From Gammaproteobacteria bacterium (GTDB lineage Bacteria; Pseudomonadota; Gammaproteobacteria; Pseudomonadales; Cellvibrionaceae), in assembly GCA_004173475.1 (NCBI GenBank), contig SEBU01000008.1:20785-84784 (forward strand): DNA of 64,000 nt, in the 5' to 3' direction. A model generated the notes under the pieces. The model did not search any database. It saw only the letters and a program-made list of their open reading frames with translations, and was not told the origin of the DNA. Positions 1-8,929 of the stretch are shown here, in pieces. Both the position numbers and the translations under genes were made by a program. Positions within the stretch are counted from its first letter, which is position 1, and each line of letters begins with the position of its first letter.

Positions 1-168
1 AATGGCGGTGCATTTATTACGTTGCTTGGGTTAACATTTCCGGATTGGTACGCACAGCCCACGGCGATGCAATGGGAATATCAAGGTGGATTGAGCATAT
101 TTTTGGGCTTATGCGGAATTGGTGTTGGGCTTTCAGCTTGCGCGACGGGTTCGCTGCTTATTCTATGA
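1..168 (+). pseudogene. 3' part of a hydrophobic membrane domain that is normally the N-terminal part of a TIGR01777 epimerase fusion; here out of frame with the epimerase (runs off window start)
   Basis: Frame 1 is open from base 1 (NGGAFITLLGLTFPDWYAQPTAMQWEYQGGLSIFLGLCGIGVGLS...) to TGA 166-168. Adding one base at about 136 joins it to LRDGFAAYSMRK... of the 45..1148 frame. Confidence 0.55.
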
Positions 169-185
169 GGAAGGAGACTAAAAAA

Positions 186-1148
186 ATGCGTCAAAATGAA
201 CGATTATATTTTAGTGAGTCTAGCAAAAGTGTTTTAGTAACAGGTGCAACAGGTTTCATTGGTCAGCTATTAGTAAATGCATTAATTGCCGATGGACGAC
301 GTGTAACTATATTGACGCGCAATGCAAAAAAAGCAGCGTGGACGTTTAACGGAAAAGTGAAGTGTGTTGAGCATATGAACGAACTTTCCGCTAATTTTCC
401 GATTGATATTATTATCAATCTTGCAGGCGCGCGAATTCTGGGATGGTGGTGGACATCTTCGCGTCAAGCTGCATTAAGAAAAAGCCGGATAGATCTCACT
501 CAAGGTTTAATCGATTGGATTGCCACTGCAGAACAAAAACCACAACTATTATTATCCGCATCGGCGATTGGTTTTTACGGTGTTCAGGCGGAAGGCGATA
601 ACACATCTCTAACAGAAGAAAGTCCTACACAAAATATTTTTATGGCGAAACTTTGTCACGATTGGGAAGTTGTGGCGCAATCTGCGCGTCAATATGGCGT
701 GCAAGTAGCCTGTATGAGGTTTGGCGTAGTTTTGGGGCATCAAGGTCCGCTACCAATGTTGCTATTACCTATTAAATTATTTCTGGGTGGAAAATTAGCG
801 AGTGGAAAGCAGTGGATGTCGTGGATTCATGTTGATGATTTATTGCGAGGCGTCGCTCATCTTTGGCAGTTAGTTGAAAATTCGGCGACAAAATCGGATC
901 TCAAACCCGCTTATAATTTCACCGCCCCGGAAGCTTTATCACAATTGGATTTCAGTAAAGTGGCAGCAAAGGTTTTACATCGCCCGTGCTTTTTTCCGAC
1001 ACCTGGCTGGCCTATGCGATTGGTGCTCGGCGAGCAATCTGATTTGTTGTTAGAAGGACAGCGTGTTGTGCCTGCGAATTTATTGGCGAGTGGGTTCACA
1101 TTTTCCTATCCGGATGCAGAAAGCGCATTACGAGACCTCTGCAAATAA
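186..1148 (+). CDS. TIGR01777 family NAD-dependent epimerase/oxidoreductase (YfcH-like)
   Basis: VLVTGATGFIG Rossmann motif, IINLAGA, LSASAIGFYG, GKQWMSWIHVDD and SQRVVP-like C-terminus. ATG 186 follows AAGGAG. Confidence 0.9.
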   Translation: MRQNERLYFSESSKSVLVTGATGFIGQLLVNALIADGRRVTILTRNAKKAAWTFNGKVKCVEHMNELSANFPIDIIINLAGARILGWWWTSSRQAALRKSRIDLTQGLIDWIATAEQKPQLLLSASAIGFYGVQAEGDNTSLTEESPTQNIFMAKLCHDWEVVAQSARQYGVQVACMRFGVVLGHQGPLPMLLLPIKLFLGGKLASGKQWMSWIHVDDLLRGVAHLWQLVENSATKSDLKPAYNFTAPEALSQLDFSKVAAKVLHRPCFFPTPGWPMRLVLGEQSDLLLEGQRVVPANLLASGFTFSYPDAESALRDLCK

Positions 1149-1150
1149 AA

Positions 1151-1576
1151 ATGAATATCCAATATCCACCACACATAAACTATGGCGATCAAATCATTAT
1201 GTTTGACGGTGTGTGTAAGCTATGCAATGGGTGGAGTCGTTTTATTATTCGATTCGATACACATAAAAAATTTAAATTATGTGCTGTGCAGTCCGATGAG
1301 GGACAAGCAATTTTGAAGTGGTTTGGCTACTCAACTGATTACTATGAAACTATGTTATTGATTCAAGGTAATCACGCATTGGAGCGATCAGATTCTTTTC
1401 TCGCCGTTGTAGGGCAGCTTTCATTTCCCTGGAATATGTTGGGAGTGCTTAAAATTTTCCCCCGAGGCTTGAGAGATTGGGCTTATGACCGTATTGCGTT
1501 GAATCGTTATGAAATTTTTGGAAAATACGATATATGTTTACTTGCAACTCCAGATCATGAAAATAGATTTTTATGA
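1151..1576 (+). CDS. DCC1-like thiol-disulfide oxidoreductase family protein (DUF393)
   Basis: FDGVCKLCNG (DxxCxxC) motif and LRDWAYDRIALNRY C-terminal motif. Confidence 0.88.
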   Translation: MNIQYPPHINYGDQIIMFDGVCKLCNGWSRFIIRFDTHKKFKLCAVQSDEGQAILKWFGYSTDYYETMLLIQGNHALERSDSFLAVVGQLSFPWNMLGVLKIFPRGLRDWAYDRIALNRYEIFGKYDICLLATPDHENRFL

Positions 1577-2272
1577 GCCGATGCGCAAATGGTTCCAATA
1601 TAGATTGAATTCCTTCTCGGACCATTTGCCTTTTTCTTTTGCTCGTTGATAGGCTGGTCGCGCTTTTATCTCTTCCACAAAATTGCAGCTATTTGGATGT
1701 GAAGTCTTGGTAATAAATTTTCCACAAAGCGCATCTAACATAAAACCCATCAAAATATCCGCAGCAGTAAATTGATCTCCCGCAAACCACTGATGCTCAC
1801 TAAGGTGTCGCTCAATAAGATTAACTTCGGTAACCAGATTGGCATGTAAATATTCTTTATTGATTTTTTTAATGACCAGTTTGGCAATGGGTCTGACAAT
1901 AAAGGGAGTACCTTGTTCTATTCTGGAAAATAATTTTGTCATTGCTAAGTAGGGCATGAGTGAAGCTTCAGCAAAATTTTTCCAATATAAATAATCTGTT
2001 CTGGCGGGATAACCAGTAGCGATGACCAGCTTGTCTTTGCCGTATGTCTCTAACAGATAATCTACAATTGCTCCTGTTTCAGCCAGGCTAAGTGTTTCAT
2101 CAATTAATACCGGGGCTTTACCCAAAGAATGAACCTGGTGAAGCGAATCTGCTGCTTGTCGTGTTTTTTTATCGCGTTCGTGAAAAATAATAGTGTACTC
2201 AACATCCAGCTCTTCCAATAGCCATATGATACGTTGCGAGCGAGAGTTGGTAAGGTGATGAATGCTGATCAT
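1571..2272 (-). CDS. Glutathione S-transferase family protein
   Basis: SRSQRIIWLLEEL, HSLGKAPVL, LAETGAIVDYL and WFAGDQFTAADI motifs. Start placed at ATG 2272 (ORF track starts at TTG 2287). Confidence 0.9.
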   Translation of the reverse strand: MISIHHLTNSRSQRIIWLLEELDVEYTIIFHERDKKTRQAADSLHQVHSLGKAPVLIDETLSLAETGAIVDYLLETYGKDKLVIATGYPARTDYLYWKNFAEASLMPYLAMTKLFSRIEQGTPFIVRPIAKLVIKKINKEYLHANLVTEVNLIERHLSEHQWFAGDQFTAADILMGFMLDALCGKFITKTSHPNSCNFVEEIKARPAYQRAKEKGKWSEKEFNLYWNHLRIGS

Positions 2273-2394
2273 AATAGCGGCATGCAAATAGTGGGTGGAT
2301 TTTTTTATAGAAGTCTATCACCCTTAAAATCGTGTTGCCCTTAATTATTACGCTAAAGATATTTTGATAAGTCCAGAGTTTGAATGTGGATATG

Positions 2395-2428
2395 AGTCAC
2401 CGCGTTTAAATTAAAACGCGATGATTCA
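2395..2428 (-). terminator. Stem-loop downstream of the phosphodiesterase gene
   Basis: GAGTCACCGCGTTT-aaatta-AAACGCGATGATTC imperfect inverted repeat with no clear U-tract. Confidence 0.4.
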
Positions 2429-2465
2429 ATACAGTCTCAAAAGGTTTAAAATTTAAATCCAGATA

Positions 2466-3749
2466 TCACTCAAGATTCATACAGCTCGCGTAATAACTAA
2501 CGCTCGCTGGCCAATCCGAAAATACGCCAATAACGCCAACATCTTTGGCGAGTACGTCCAGCACATTTAACATGTCGCCATCATTATTTAATGCTGGATT
2601 AATGGTTTGGTAATACCAGCCGCCTCCATTTTTAAGCGGACCCGCACGCTCAAACGACCAGGTAATAATATCCAGGCCTGCAGCTTTGGCATTGCGAGCG
2701 TATTCAGAAGGAATGATTTTATTTTTGCTATCCAGGGTGACCAGCGCCCAAATAGGTGGCGCTACAATTTTTACGCCTTTTGCTGCGAGCGCGCGCAGTT
2801 CATTTAGGGTTGGAAGTTCTTCGGGTGTATTTGCGTCATCTAGATAAACCGCTTGTTTGCCGAATCTGGGTTCGTGGCTTATCCAATACTGAATGTCTTG
2901 CAGATCGAATGATTGCGGCCACACATCATGAGGCTTTACGCCTGCTTCGTAATATTCATCAATCATTTGTTGTGCATAGGCCGCTTGGGTATAGGTTCCC
3001 TGATAAGGCATAGGCACGCTGGCGGACTTCAATTCAGGTGTAAATTTAACACCCAGTTTTTTAAATAATTGAATACTTTCCGCGTGGCTCAAAAGCGTAC
3101 CTTTCCCCGCGTATAAATCTGTTCGCCAATTCGGTGTGCCTGCCATATATTCCTCAGCGGTGGTAGCCTTGGGATTAAAGCCGTCCATTTTTCCTTGCAG
3201 GCTTTTGAATTCGGAAAGCGTGATGTCTGTTGTACAGCAATTTGCTGTTGCAGGTTCGCCCGTTATTGCATTGGCTGGTGTGAATTGTTGGGTGCATTTT
3301 GCAGCGAGCGCCGGTATGGACAAAATATTTGTGGTTGTGTGTAAATCACATTGTGAATGACGGCAAACAAGTTGTTTATCTTTGGTGAACGTTACATCGC
3401 ATTCTACAACGCCCGCGCCCATTTTGGCGGCGGCTTCATAGGATTCCTTCGTGTGCTCGGGAAATTGCAAAGGCGCACCGCGATGTGCGATTGAAAAATT
3501 AGTTTTTTTAAATGGGCCGCTCGCACATTGCTGTAATTTTGTTTTAAGCGGGCTTGGGTACATGTCTTCTACTAAATAAAATGGACGCGGGCCTAATTGT
3601 ATTTGCGAATTTATTTGGTGGATTGGAGGCCGAACTTTATCGTGGTCCTCATGTGGGCCGGGCCCGCGATTATTATCGGCACTTGCATTAATTGAGCAGA
3701 GCAGGGCACAAAGTGTTAAATATTTCAGGCGACCTAATTGCGTAAACAT
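2466..3749 (-). CDS. Secreted glycerophosphodiester phosphodiesterase (GDPD/GlpQ-like)
   Basis: Signal peptide, [32 protein letters not shown] and VIGVFSDWP motifs. Confidence 0.9.
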   Translation of the reverse strand: MFTQLGRLKYLTLCALLCSINASADNNRGPGPHEDHDKVRPPIHQINSQIQLGPRPFYLVEDMYPSPLKTKLQQCASGPFKKTNFSIAHRGAPLQFPEHTKESYEAAAKMGAGVVECDVTFTKDKQLVCRHSQCDLHTTTNILSIPALAAKCTQQFTPANAITGEPATANCCTTDITLSEFKSLQGKMDGFNPKATTAEEYMAGTPNWRTDLYAGKGTLLSHAESIQLFKKLGVKFTPELKSASVPMPYQGTYTQAAYAQQMIDEYYEAGVKPHDVWPQSFDLQDIQYWISHEPRFGKQAVYLDDANTPEELPTLNELRALAAKGVKIVAPPIWALVTLDSKNKIIPSEYARNAKAAGLDIITWSFERAGPLKNGGGWYYQTINPALNNDGDMLNVLDVLAKDVGVIGVFSDWPASVSYYASCMNLE

Positions 3750-3807
3750 TAGCTAATCCTCAATTTTGTGTGAGTTAAGAGCCGTTACTGTGTGAAACGG
3801 TGGGATT

Positions 3808-3852
3808 AGGCTAACGTGCGAATGTGAAAATCTTTTGCCAGTTTTATGACAA
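3808..3852 (-). promoter_or_regulatory. Pho box (PhoB-type) promoter of the GDPD gene
   Basis: Minus strand TTGTCAT-aaaa-CTGGCAA-aaga-TTTTCAC in 11-bp register, then 10 nt, then a -10-like TAGCCT. Confidence 0.7.
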
Positions 3853-4029
3853 GTTAAAATATTTTAAAAACATGCGTTGGTGTTCGCTTTTATTAAAAAG
3901 CGCAGCTCTTTAGTCCGCTAAATACGACGCATTGATGCCGGAACTGCAGAAGCAATTTCTGCACGTTCATCTTAAAGATAAAAACTACTGCGCATCCATG
4001 CGCCCGCTGCGTTCGTTCGGCTTGAACAT

Positions 4030-4066
4030 AAAAAAACCACCGCATCCGTTGAGGCGAATGCAGTGG
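4030..4066 (-). terminator. Rho-independent terminator about 255 nt downstream of the yebG stop
   Basis: Minus strand CCACTGCATTCG-cctcaa-CGGATGCGGTGG followed by T7; two G-U pairs work only on this strand. Confidence 0.75.
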
Positions 4067-4320
4067 CGAAAATTGAATCACCGAGAGTGGTTATGGCCAT
4101 AACTACAATCAGTGAAAAATGGTTGGGTTTGTGGGGAACCCAAAAATTCAATACGGCGAGTGGTGTTCGTGATATTGAAGTTGTAGCACCGAATTTCTAT
4201 GCCAAGGCTTTTATGATTCGGCGATGTTCCGATAATGTTGTCGAGGCATTATCGAACACTAACAAGTATTGCCACTGACCAATCCTTGGGTGGCATCTTC
4301 CGTAGTATCAATTCCTTCGA

Positions 4321-4611
4321 TTATTTCCTGTTGGCAATACTGGTATTCAGGGTAACGGGTTTTTCGTACGTAAAATCTTGTAACAATTCGTCGGGTTTAC
4401 CTTTACACGCTTTGGCTAATAACTCACGGCGTTGCGCAAGTAGGATGCCTATGGCTTCACTGTGTTTCTCGTCAATACCTTCAATATTCTCTTCGATTAA
4501 TTGGGTGATATTGGCAGCGAGCTCTAAATATTTATCGTGCTCTTCTGCAAGTTTTCTGTCTTCAAACATACTGCCATCCCGATCACATAGCCATACGGCG
4601 ACTACCGACAT
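4321..4611 (-). CDS. yebG: YebG family SOS-inducible protein
   Basis: MFEDRKLAEEHDKYLELA resembles the YebG signature (F.xK.xAD.xDKMLE.A); 96 aa; LexA box over its promoter. Confidence 0.82.
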   Translation of the reverse strand: MSVVAVWLCDRDGSMFEDRKLAEEHDKYLELAANITQLIEENIEGIDEKHSEAIGILLAQRRELLAKACKGKPDELLQDFTYEKPVTLNTSIANRK

Positions 4612-4628
4612 AATATTACCTCGTGGTT

Positions 4629-4672
4629 ATACTGTTTTTATATACAGTATATGTGGGCCGCTCATTTGTCAA
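4629..4672 (-). promoter_or_regulatory. sigma70 promoter of yebG with overlapping LexA (SOS) box
   Basis: TTGACA (4672-4667), 17 nt, TACTGT (4649-4644); palindromic ATACTG-TTTTTATATA-CAGTAT (CTG-N10-CAG) at 4629-4650. Confidence 0.88.
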
Positions 4673-4829
4673 TGGCTTTCATAAATGCGTCGTACAGTCT
4701 TTAACAATTGCGTGCAAATATCACCTGTTTTCCAGTGGCGTTGCTCCCTACACTGATTTTGGTTTCTGTTGGTCTGTCAGGTTTCTGATAGCCCGTTGTT
4801 CAGCGCTGAATTGGTAAAGAGATATACAC

Positions 4830-5462
4830 ATGAAAAAAATACCATTGTTTGTTTTCGCGTCATTTATAAGCTTAATTTTTATATGCCAAAGGCTTTTCGC
4901 TGCCGATGCGGGACAATTTTACGTAGGCATGGATGTAGGCTCATCCATGGTGAAAGGCAATAGTTGGAAAAATGAGCCTGCATTTATTCCCGGCCAGAAA
5001 TTCAAGGATGCAGATTCTGCTTATGGATTGCGCGCGGGTTTTCAATTTAATGATTGGTTTGCCACAGAGCTTGGGTTCAGAGATTTTGGTGGTACGAGTC
5101 ACCGCTTCAAGCTTAGAGAGGATATTTTTTTTCTGGTTCAGCCTAATGACACGCAAACTGTCGATGCTAAAGGTGTGTCCTTGACGGGTGTTTTCAGTTA
5201 TCGCCCGACTACGAATTTTTCGTTGATAGGGGTTGTTGGAATCACTACCGTCGATTTCGACCTTGGCGAATCAGGTGGCTACTCGCCATTCACCGGAAGT
5301 CTATCGCAAAGGGATAATTTTTCAGAGCAGGGGCTTGTTTACGGAATCGGTGCCAGATACGTATTAAATAATTCGTATAGTTTACGAGCGGAGGTAAGCC
5401 GTAACGACGCGGGTGATTTTACAATTGATCATCTGGGGTTGGGAGTTGAATACAGTTTTTAA
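4830..5462 (+). CDS. Outer membrane beta-barrel protein (OmpA-like 8-strand transmembrane domain)
   Basis: Signal peptide, GLRAGFQFNDWFATELGFRDFG, YGIGARY, SLRAE and C-terminal aromatic (YSF). Confidence 0.8.
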   Translation: MKKIPLFVFASFISLIFICQRLFAADAGQFYVGMDVGSSMVKGNSWKNEPAFIPGQKFKDADSAYGLRAGFQFNDWFATELGFRDFGGTSHRFKLREDIFFLVQPNDTQTVDAKGVSLTGVFSYRPTTNFSLIGVVGITTVDFDLGESGGYSPFTGSLSQRDNFSEQGLVYGIGARYVLNNSYSLRAEVSRNDAGDFTIDHLGLGVEYSF

Positions 5463-5760
5463 TGAATGTCTATTTGCTCGTGCGCCTAGGTAAACCCGCT
5501 GATAAATTGCAGCTACCCAGCAGAGCTGGCTAAAACTCGTTCATTTTTTACCAATCACAAGAATGTACTATTGCCATTAGTAGTGATTGTAAATGCAGGC
5601 ACGTTTAGCGTGGTATGAGCTGTTGGCTGATTCTCCTGGTTGGCTGCTTCAATCAGGCCGGACTAAAAGTCACAGAAAGCCGGTGTAATCCAGACTGTAT
5701 CTTCCTATCCATACCATGGATAATGCGCGGTCTCTAACCGCCATTAATTTAGGAATTTGT

Positions 5761-7350
5761 GTGTCTGACTCTGCTCCACTGAACGTGCAACCTCCAAAAC
5801 GTAATTTGCTGCGCTCAAGTGCCATCACCGGTTCTATGACGATGATGTCGCGCGTTACAGGTTTGGTTCGCGATCAGTTACAGGCTTATTATCTCGGTGC
5901 GGGGAGTGATGCAGACGCTTTTAATGCGGCCTTTCGTATTCCTAATTTTTTTCGCCGCCTGTTTTCGGAAGGTGCATTTTCCCAGGCGTTTATTCCGGTA
6001 TTGTCGGAGTATAGGGCTAAAGGTTCACAGGATGCGCTCAAAAATTTAATTGATCGCGTGGCGGGGTGTTTGGGGTCCACGCTTATAGTCGTTACGATTT
6101 TAGGGGTGATAGGCGCACCCGTACTTGGTGCTGCATTCGCGTCCGGCTTTATGTCTGACCCGGAAAAGTTTGATCTCTACACGTCCCTTATTCGCATCAT
6201 GTTCCCTTATTTGATGCTGATCTCGCTCAGTGGTTTTATGGGCGCCATTCTTAATAGTTACGACCGCTTTGCACTATCTGCGTTTACCCCCGTATTGCTG
6301 AATATCGTTTCAATTTTTGCAATGCTGGTTGTCGCCCCCATGATAGGTTCTGTGCCCTTCGCGCTTGCGTGGAGTGTCTTGCTAGCGGGTGTTTTATCCA
6401 TTGCGTTTCAGGCGCCTCATTTGAAGCGGATGCATTTGCTGCCTTCGCCAACTATCGATTGGAAAGACCCTGGCGTGAGGCGTATTTTGGCGCTAATGGC
6501 ACCGGCACTTTTCGGTGTGTCGATCAGCCAAATTAACACGCTGGTTGATTCAATCGCCGCATCATGGTTGCCTGAAGGAAGCATCACCTGGCTTTATTAT
6601 TCGGATCGTTTGGTCGAGCTGCCGCTGGGGATTTTTGCTGTAGCCATAGGCACTGTGATTATGCCGAGCCTTTCGCGTTTACACGCTACCGAGTCCACCG
6701 AAGATTTCAGTAAAACGCTCGATTGGGCAATCAGAATGATTATTATGATTGCCTTACCTGCGACTCTGGCGTTAGTCATTCTGGCCCAGCCGGTGATTTT
6801 CACACTCTTCCAGCATGGCAGATTTGATGAGCATGCAGCCATCATGTCATCTTATAGTCTGCAGGCTTACGTGCTAGGGCTATTGGCGTTTATGCTAATT
6901 AAGGTTCTTGCTCCAGGGTACTTTGCGCGGCAGGACATTAAGACGCCCGTCAGAGTGGGGATGATAGCCATCGCCTGCGGCATCACTCTAAAGGCGATTA
7001 TCGTTTACCCATTTCATAACCTTTGGCAGATTGGTCATGTAGGTTTGGCGATCTCAACTGCATTTGCTGCGTACGTAAACGTTGGTTTGTTGTACCTTGG
7101 TTTACGTAATCGCCAGGTGTATGTTCCATCGGCTGGTTGGTTGAAAACTTGGTTGCGCTACGGCTTGGCCAATGCTGTTATGGTGATAGTTTTGCTGATC
7201 GGCTTGTATTTCCTTAATGGATGGGCGGTATGGGGTGTATTAGAGCGTGCAATTTCCTTGTTAGGTCTTTGCGTAGCAGGTGGTGTTTCTTACATTCTTG
7301 GTTTGGGTCTCGCCGGCTTCAGACCAAAAGATTTTCGTGCGCCACATTAA
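5761..7350 (+). CDS. murJ: Lipid II flippase MurJ (MviN)
   Basis: SRVTGLVRD, FRIPNFFRRLFSEGAFSQAF, YYSDRLVELPLG and KVLAPGYFARQDIKTPV. Likely start GTG 5761. Confidence 0.96.
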   Translation: MSDSAPLNVQPPKRNLLRSSAITGSMTMMSRVTGLVRDQLQAYYLGAGSDADAFNAAFRIPNFFRRLFSEGAFSQAFIPVLSEYRAKGSQDALKNLIDRVAGCLGSTLIVVTILGVIGAPVLGAAFASGFMSDPEKFDLYTSLIRIMFPYLMLISLSGFMGAILNSYDRFALSAFTPVLLNIVSIFAMLVVAPMIGSVPFALAWSVLLAGVLSIAFQAPHLKRMHLLPSPTIDWKDPGVRRILALMAPALFGVSISQINTLVDSIAASWLPEGSITWLYYSDRLVELPLGIFAVAIGTVIMPSLSRLHATESTEDFSKTLDWAIRMIIMIALPATLALVILAQPVIFTLFQHGRFDEHAAIMSSYSLQAYVLGLLAFMLIKVLAPGYFARQDIKTPVRVGMIAIACGITLKAIIVYPFHNLWQIGHVGLAISTAFAAYVNVGLLYLGLRNRQVYVPSAGWLKTWLRYGLANAVMVIVLLIGLYFLNGWAVWGVLERAISLLGLCVAGGVSYILGLGLAGFRPKDFRAPH

Positions 7351-7416
7351 CAGCAGCGCCTGAGCCTCCTGTATACTTCTCGCCCTTTAAATTCGGATAA
7401 CAGGTGACAATAATCC

Positions 7417-8361
7417 GTGCAGATAGCGCAACGAGAATTTATTCGCGGACTTCATAATCTTCGCCCTGAACATAAAGGTTGTGTGGCGACCATTGGATCT
7501 TTTGACGGTGTCCATCTTGGGCATCAGCTTATTTTGTGCCAATTGATTCAGATTGCTCGCGAGCAAAATTTACCTGCAGTGGTCATAGTATTTGAGCCGC
7601 AGCCGCAAGAATTTTTTGCGGGCGAAAAAGCTCCCGCGCGTCTGATGCGAATGCGCGAAAAGCTTGAGGCTATGTGGGCCGTTGGTATCGATAAAGTGTT
7701 GTGTCTGCATTTCAATCACGAATTACGCAGTCTTTCCGCCGATCAGTTTATTGATCGTGTTTTAGTAGACGGTTTAGCAATAAAACATTTGGTTGTTGGT
7801 GATGACTTTCGCTTCGGCTGTGATCGCAAAGGCGATTTTGCATTGTTGCAACGTCGCGGTACCGAATTGGGTTTCGCAGTAACCGATACTCACACGCTGG
7901 AGATTGACGGTAAACGCGTGAGCAGCACCCGCATCCGTCACTTATTAGAAGCAGGTAATTTTGTAGAAGCAGAAAAATTATTAGGCAAACCCTACGGAAT
8001 TTATGGTCGTGTTGTTTATGGTAAACAACTTGGCCGTCAGTTAGGGGTGCCGACTGCGAACGTAGATCTGCGTCGTTATCGTTCCCCGTTGCACGGCGTG
8101 TTTGCCGTAACCGCGATTTTTAAAGATGGTGCGCAAGTACAAGGCGTCGCAAACGTTGGTGTACGGCCAACGGTAAACGGATTGAAAAAGCCTTTGCTTG
8201 AAGTGCATTTATTTAATTTTTCACGTGATATTTATGGCGCGGTAATTGATGTGGTATTCCATCATAAATTGCGAGACGAGCAAAAATTCGGATCACTGGA
8301 CGAATTAAAAGCGCAGCTTCAAACGGATATCATGCAAGCAAAAGTATTCTTCACTAATTAA
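7417..8361 (+). CDS. ribF: Bifunctional riboflavin kinase/FAD synthetase
   Basis: IGSFDGVHLGHQ, VSSTRIR, GRQLGVPTAN and LRDEQKF motifs. Confidence 0.96.
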   Translation: MQIAQREFIRGLHNLRPEHKGCVATIGSFDGVHLGHQLILCQLIQIAREQNLPAVVIVFEPQPQEFFAGEKAPARLMRMREKLEAMWAVGIDKVLCLHFNHELRSLSADQFIDRVLVDGLAIKHLVVGDDFRFGCDRKGDFALLQRRGTELGFAVTDTHTLEIDGKRVSSTRIRHLLEAGNFVEAEKLLGKPYGIYGRVVYGKQLGRQLGVPTANVDLRRYRSPLHGVFAVTAIFKDGAQVQGVANVGVRPTVNGLKKPLLEVHLFNFSRDIYGAVIDVVFHHKLRDEQKFGSLDELKAQLQTDIMQAKVFFTN

Positions 8362-8391
8362 AGTTTCGTTGACCTTTACAAGAAGGTTTTT

Positions 8392-8889
8392 ATGAGCGGT
8401 ACTTGGGAACAAATTGGTTCGACCATAGCGGCAGAATTTTCTGACTTAAAAGACGTAACAGAAATTACCCGCATTAGTTTGCGTTTGCTTATGGCTGCCT
8501 TGTTAGGTGGATTGTTAGGTTACGAGCGTGAACAGCGCGGTAAATCTGCCGGCGTTAAAACTCATATGCTGGTTTGTATAGGCGCGGCTTTATTTGTATT
8601 GATTCCGCAAGAAGCGGGTGTAATTGCGGAAGCTGATTTAAGCCGTATTATGCAAGGGATAATTTCCGGCATAGGTTTTCTTGGCGCAGGTGCGATTTTA
8701 AAAGGTAACGATGAAAAAGATCTCAAAGGTCTAACCACTGCCGCCGGTATCTGGTTGACCGCGGCCATAGGTGTCGCAGCGGGATTGGGGCGGGAATCTT
8801 CCGCAATTCTCTGCACAGTTTTGGCATTAATAGTACTGGTCGCTATTCCCAGAATGGCTGGACTCGTTGGTCGTAAAGACAACTCATAA
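8392..8889 (+). CDS. MgtC/SapB family membrane protein (short form)
   Basis: LGYERE...[26 protein letters not shown] and [15 protein letters not shown] motifs. Confidence 0.9.
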   Translation: MSGTWEQIGSTIAAEFSDLKDVTEITRISLRLLMAALLGGLLGYEREQRGKSAGVKTHMLVCIGAALFVLIPQEAGVIAEADLSRIMQGIISGIGFLGAGAILKGNDEKDLKGLTTAAGIWLTAAIGVAAGLGRESSAILCTVLALIVLVAIPRMAGLVGRKDNS

Positions 8890-8929
8890 TTTAAATTTTT
8901 ACATAGATATTCTAGATAAGTTGACCGTG

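Noticed and set aside
4235-4684. 149-aa + strand ORF
   Set aside because: It is an antisense shadow of yebG and runs across its LexA-controlled promoter; no recognisable motif.
5480-5530. GGTAAACC / GGTAGC...GGGTTTACC fragments reminiscent of a c-di-GMP-I riboswitch
   Set aside because: The elements are not in the right order or spacing, and there is no GAAA tetraloop/receptor pair.
5630-5670. GAAGCAGCC on the minus strand, resembling SRP (4.5S) RNA helix 8
   Set aside because: The required upstream CAGG-stem-GNRA arrangement is absent.
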